Source: a bacterium (GTDB taxonomy: Bacteria; Bacteroidota; Bacteroidia; Bacteroidales; UBA3663). From it: a stretch of DNA of 64,000 bases. A model generated the notes under the pieces. That model did not search any database and was not told the origin of the DNA. It saw nothing but the letters and a program-made list of their open reading frames with translations. Position numbers and translations under genes: made by a program. Shown piece by piece: positions 60,083 to 64,000 of the stretch. The stretch spans positions 3,770 to 67,769 of the forward strand of contig CAVGQN010000004.1 in NCBI GenBank assembly GCA_963631395.1. Reading direction: 5' to 3'. Within the stretch, counting starts at the first letter, position 1; each line of letters starts with the position of its first letter.

Positions 60083-60232
60083 GAGCTTCAGCGGCAAAAA
60101 AAGCTTCGGTGTCAAAAAAGCTTCGGTGGCAAAAGAGCTTCAGCGGCAAAAATGAGCTTCAGCGGCAAAAAGCTTCAGCGACAAAAAGCAAAAGCGGCAA
60201 AAAAGCAAAAGTGGCAAAAAAGTAAAAATATA
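60083..60232. repeat. tandem array of 16-19-bp units, about 9 units, immediately upstream of the GH43 start
   Basis: AGCTTCAGCGGCAAAAA consensus, with variants AGCTTCGGTGTCAAAAA and AGCAAAAGCGGCAAAAA. Confidence 0.9.
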
Positions 60233-60245
60233 ATACCATAATCCT

Positions 60246-61655
60246 ATGAACTGGAAATCTAATTTAGTTGCCGGTATCGTGATGTGTGCACCGGTATGTG
60301 CCCTGGCACAGAACCCCATCGTACAGACACAGCTGACCGGCGACCCTGCACCTATGGTGGCAGGCGACCGCATGTATATCTACGCCGGACACGACGAGGA
60401 CGGTGCCGATTTCTTCTGGATGAACGAATGGCGCGTCTACTCGTCGTCCGACATGGTCAACTGGACCGACCATGGCGCTCCGCTCAACCTTTCGTCCTTC
60501 TCCTGGGCTGACGGCAGGGCCTGGGCTTCGCAGACCATCGAGCGCAACCGCAAGTACTACTGGTACGTCTGCGCCCACTCCAAGTTGAGCGGCGGCATGG
60601 CCATAGGCGTGGCTGTGGGCGACACTCCGACAGGGCCGTTCCGGGACGCCATCGGCAAACCGCTCTTCGACAACGGCAAGTGGGACAATATCGACCCGAC
60701 CGTCTTCATCGACACCGACGGCCAGGCTTACCTCTACTGGGGCAATCCGCGTCTCTACTATGCCCGGCTGAACGAAGACATGATAAGCCTGAAGGGCGGA
60801 GTGAAAGACAAGGAAAAGGTGGACGACAAAGGCGAGGTGGGCATGATCACTCAGACCGTCGAAGGCTTTGGCGCACCCGACATCGAAAAGCGCGATTCGA
60901 CCGTGAAGTACCGGGACAACTACACCGAAGGTCCCTGGCTGATGAAGCGCGACAAGAACTACTACCTGCTCTATGCCGCTGGCGGCGTGCCCGAACACAT
61001 CGCTTACTCCATGAGCAAGAAGCCCCTCGGACCCTGGAAGTACGTGGGCGAGATAATGCCGCTGGAGAACACGGGCTCGTTCACCAACCACTGCGGCGTG
61101 GTGGACTTCAAGGGCAAATCCTATTTCGTCTATCATACCGGCAAGTTGGGCGGAGGCTTCGGCCGCAGCGTGGCTGTCGAGGAGTTCAAGTTCAACGACG
61201 ACGGCACATTCCCCATCATCCACCACACGCGTGAGGGCGTGAAACCCGTCGGCACGCTCGACCCCTATCAGCGCACCGAGGCAGAGACCATCGCCGATTC
61301 CAAGGGCGTGAAGTCAGAGTGGAACGACGAGACGGGCGTGTATATTTCCGAGATCAATACGGGCGACTTTATCAAGGTGCGTGAGGTAGACTTCGGCGCT
61401 GCCGGTCCGCGGCAGTTCACGGCTGCAGTGGCCAGCGCCTTGCAGGGCGGTACGGTCGAAGTACATGCCGACGCCCTGGACGGCACGTTGGTGGCTTCGC
61501 TCGCCGTTCCCCACACCGGCGGCTGGGAGAAGTGGCAGACCCTCACTGCGGCAGTTGCCTCGCCCGTTACCGGTAAGCACGACCTTTACTTCGTGTTCAA
61601 GGGCAACAAGGGCGGCAAGCTCTTTACCTTCGACTGGTGGCAGTTCGCCAAATAA
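60246..61655 (+). CDS. glycoside hydrolase family 43 protein with a C-terminal CBM6-like module
   Basis: NPIVQTQLTGDPAPMVAGDRMYIYAGHDED...WRVYSSSDMVNWTDHG, EGPWLMKRDKNYYLLYA and a C-terminal module EAETIADSKGV...GDFIKVREVDFG...GGWEKWQT...DLYFVFKG. Confidence 0.85.
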   Translation: MNWKSNLVAGIVMCAPVCALAQNPIVQTQLTGDPAPMVAGDRMYIYAGHDEDGADFFWMNEWRVYSSSDMVNWTDHGAPLNLSSFSWADGRAWASQTIERNRKYYWYVCAHSKLSGGMAIGVAVGDTPTGPFRDAIGKPLFDNGKWDNIDPTVFIDTDGQAYLYWGNPRLYYARLNEDMISLKGGVKDKEKVDDKGEVGMITQTVEGFGAPDIEKRDSTVKYRDNYTEGPWLMKRDKNYYLLYAAGGVPEHIAYSMSKKPLGPWKYVGEIMPLENTGSFTNHCGVVDFKGKSYFVYHTGKLGGGFGRSVAVEEFKFNDDGTFPIIHHTREGVKPVGTLDPYQRTEAETIADSKGVKSEWNDETGVYISEINTGDFIKVREVDFGAAGPRQFTAAVASALQGGTVEVHADALDGTLVASLAVPHTGGWEKWQTLTAAVASPVTGKHDLYFVFKGNKGGKLFTFDWWQFAK

Positions 61656-61712
61656 TGGAACGAATGACAAACGGATGACAAACGAATGACAACAGACAAA
61701 ACCGGATTTCTT

Positions 61713-64000
61713 ATGAAACGCATATTCTTATTCCTCGCCGTGCTGGCCTTGCAGTGTTCGCTTTTCGTCGGCAGCATGAGCGCCCAGCAGCGCCGTCCCA
61801 TCGACAACCAGCATCCCCTTTGGATGATACACATCGATGTGTGGAACGCCGCCGACCCGCAGAAGATCATCGACCTGATTCCGGACGACATCAAGCCCTA
61901 CGTGTGCATGAACCTGTCCTTGTCCTGCCAGTACGACAAGGACCGCGCCGTCTACCTGATGCCGCAGAACGCCATGCGCACCTACCGCTCCTGGGGCACG
62001 GTGTGCCAGCAGAACGGCCTGTGGTTCACGTGCCAGCCGGCATCAGGCGGCCACACCCACTTGCAGTGCGACGACCTCGAGTCGTTCGAGTACATGTTCA
62101 GGCGTTTTCCCAACTTCCTGGGCTGGAACTTCGCCGAGCAGTTCTGGGGCTTTGACGAAGACGCGCTTTACTCCGCCACGCAGACCGACCAGATAGCACT
62201 CTTTGCCAAGCTCGTCGAGATGTCACACCGCTACGGCGGTTTTCTGACCGTCTCCTTCTGCGGCAATATATGGAGTCACGGCCTTTCGCCGGTGGGCATG
62301 ATGAAGCGCAACAGCGACCTGATGAAAGCCTGTCAGCAGTATCCCGAGGCCATCCTTTGGCTGTACAAATACACGCAGCCCTGGTGCTTCTACAATGCCG
62401 AGAGCGTCTGCTTCGGACCGTTCGTTGCCGGCCTTGCCAAGAACTACGGCGTGCGTTACGACAACTGCGGCTGGAACGGCGCCATGGATTGCATCGTGGG
62501 CCAGAACACCGCCACCTATCCCATTGCCGCCGGCATCGGCACGGTGATGGAGCAGATGGCCGTCAATGGTGGCGCCGTGTGGGACGGACCCGAGACGATT
62601 CCCACCGAGGACTTCAAGGAGATTGGTCGCACGACCGTCGACGGCTACCAGCGGCGCAACTGGGCCTATTTCCCCGGTTTCGAGGGTGCCTGGTACGACA
62701 TGTACCGCAAGGTCCTCGACGGCACCATCTACATTCCGACCCGCGAGGAAGTGGTGAGGAAGACCAGGATTGTGGTCGTCAGCGACAAGACCTCGGGCAG
62801 CGACGAAGAGAAGTACGGCTCGTGGGCTGACCTCTACGACGGCGTGTACAAGCAGACCGACCCGACCAATTCCGGCGACGGCCACTTCATGAACAACCAC
62901 TGCTACTTCAAGTCGACGGGCCGCTATGGCGCCATCCCCATCGTGCCGCAGCTTTACGACTCCCTGGCCAAGACCATCCCTCTGCAGGTCAAGCGGTCCA
63001 GCTACACCACACGCTGGAGCACGACAGCCAAGAAGACCTCCGACTTCAACGCCAAGTACGCGCAGGTGTCGACGGGCTCGCTGTACGTCAACCGTTTCCG
63101 CAATCAGCTGGTCACCTACATGCCTTTCACCTATCTGAGCAAGAACAGGACGTCGGCCGCGATGATTCCGTTGAAGTACAACACCTGCTCCGAGATGAAG
63201 CTCATCTACAGCATGCTCAACAGCGGCATCGTACGCGAGTACGCCGACCACATCGACTTCTACATGAACAACTACCGCACGGACACGACCGACGTGGCCA
63301 CCCAGCGGATTGTCATCTACGGCGTGACGTCCGAGCCGAGCTACACGTTCACCAGGCACTCGACGGCCGAGGGAACCGTAACGGCCACTTATTCTGCCGC
63401 CGACGGGACCTACACCCTTGAGGTCAATCATCGGGGCGGCGTCGACCTGCGGGTCAACTGCAGCGGCACTTGCAGCCGTACGGCCACCGATGCCATCCCC
63501 ATTACGGCCCTCCCGCTTCCGCAACAGCCGCAGGCTTACCACGGCGAGGTCGTCATCGAGGCCGAAGACATGGACTACAAGAACGTGACGAGTTGCGTCA
63601 CGGGTCCGTACTACTCGCATCCTTCCGTCAAGGGCCATTCCGGCAACGGCTTTATGGAGATGGGCACCAACACGACGGGTTCGTTGCGCCACACGTTCAG
63701 CGTGGCCGAGGCCGGCAGCTATCGCCTCACCGTCCGCTATATGAACACCAACAAGCTTGGTCGTCTGACAGCCAAAATCAATGGCGTCAACAAGAAGCTC
63801 ATGATTCAGAAGACGGCCCAGAACGAGTGGCGCAAGGTCAGCACCGACGTCAATCTGAAGGCCGGCGACAACAGCATCATCCTCATCAACGCTGCCGGAA
63901 TATCCATGTACATCGACCAGATTGTCTACACTCCGGCCGACTGTGAGGCCGAGAAGTTCCTCATTACCGTCCGCCCGGCTTCCTACGGCAGCATCACGCC
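61713..64000 (+). CDS. secreted glycoside hydrolase (GH98-like catalytic region) with a CBM6/35-like module, 3'-truncated by the window edge
   Basis: Not in the ORF track (open to the edge). MKRIFLFLAVLALQCSLFVGSMSAQ signal; PLWMIHIDVWNAADPQKIIDLIPDDIKPYVCMNLS... ; later EAEDMDYKNVTSCVTG...GNGFMEMG...AGSYRLTVRYMN...NSIILINAAGISMYIDQIVYTP (CBM-like). The family assignment is tentative. Confidence 0.6.
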   Translation, partial: MKRIFLFLAVLALQCSLFVGSMSAQQRRPIDNQHPLWMIHIDVWNAADPQKIIDLIPDDIKPYVCMNLSLSCQYDKDRAVYLMPQNAMRTYRSWGTVCQQNGLWFTCQPASGGHTHLQCDDLESFEYMFRRFPNFLGWNFAEQFWGFDEDALYSATQTDQIALFAKLVEMSHRYGGFLTVSFCGNIWSHGLSPVGMMKRNSDLMKACQQYPEAILWLYKYTQPWCFYNAESVCFGPFVAGLAKNYGVRYDNCGWNGAMDCIVGQNTATYPIAAGIGTVMEQMAVNGGAVWDGPETIPTEDFKEIGRTTVDGYQRRNWAYFPGFEGAWYDMYRKVLDGTIYIPTREEVVRKTRIVVVSDKTSGSDEEKYGSWADLYDGVYKQTDPTNSGDGHFMNNHCYFKSTGRYGAIPIVPQLYDSLAKTIPLQVKRSSYTTRWSTTAKKTSDFNAKYAQVSTGSLYVNRFRNQLVTYMPFTYLSKNRTSAAMIPLKYNTCSEMKLIYSMLNSGIVREYADHIDFYMNNYRTDTTDVATQRIVIYGVTSEPSYTFTRHSTAEGTVTATYSAADGTYTLEVNHRGGVDLRVNCSGTCSRTATDAIPITALPLPQQPQAYHGEVVIEAEDMDYKNVTSCVTGPYYSHPSVKGHSGNGFMEMGTNTTGSLRHTFSVAEAGSYRLTVRYMNTNKLGRLTAKINGVNKKLMIQKTAQNEWRKVSTDVNLKAGDNSIILINAAGISMYIDQIVYTPADCEAEKFLITVRPASYGSIT

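Noticed and set aside
60023-60241. 72-aa Lys-rich ORF upstream of the GH43 gene
   Set aside because: It is entirely encoded by the AGCTTCAGCGGCAAAAA repeat, so it is a low-complexity artefact.

Overview
This window looks like a chromosomal segment of a Bacteroidales (Prevotellaceae-like) bacterium. The evidence is SusC/SusD genes, T9SS C-terminal sorting tails, a DUF4295 gene after rpmB-rpmG, and TAnnTTTG -7 promoter boxes. The core is GC-rich (sampled 60-nt lines about 60-68% GC), so it carries many long antisense shadow ORFs that I do not call.

Housekeeping genes that are clearly recognisable:
- rpmB, rpmG, DUF4295, ftsY and rimO
- ssb, mutY, HU and a 28-aa bS22-like peptide
- RNase E/G and a two-domain ABC ATPase
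- an ilvD-ilvB-ilvN-ilvC cluster followed by an acyl-ACP thioesterase gene
- deoC, a CE4 deacetylase, a DUF2723 membrane protein and murI

Accessory content:
1. A lower-GC patchwork island (about 420-8610). It holds a Bro-N::PD-(D/E)xK chimeric ORF, two tandem FISUMP-type secreted paralogs plus a small T9SS-tailed protein, and a DUF234-type AAA ATPase. It also holds a decayed copy of a T9SS-tail/glycosidase gene junction and a very AT-rich islet. The islet encodes an XRE-HTH protein and a 479-aa HNH nuclease with a duplicated unknown C-terminal module, behind a perfect 20-bp palindrome. This islet is my best candidate for an undescribed system.
2. A GH106-like glycosidase and a T9SS-tailed C10 (streptopain-like) cysteine protease.
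3. A lower-GC rhamnogalacturonan-type PUL: HTCS regulator, PL4 lyase, unknown protein, BspA-like LRR protein, SusC, SusD and a large glycosidase.
4. GH43+CBM6 and a GH98-like+CBM gene at the right edge.

A window-wide oddity is the density of unrelated short tandem-repeat arrays (units of 12-48 bp). They sit in 5' leaders, in 3' ends (several span stop codons) and in tolerant coding linkers. I found no rRNA, tRNA, CRISPR array, integrase or transposase.
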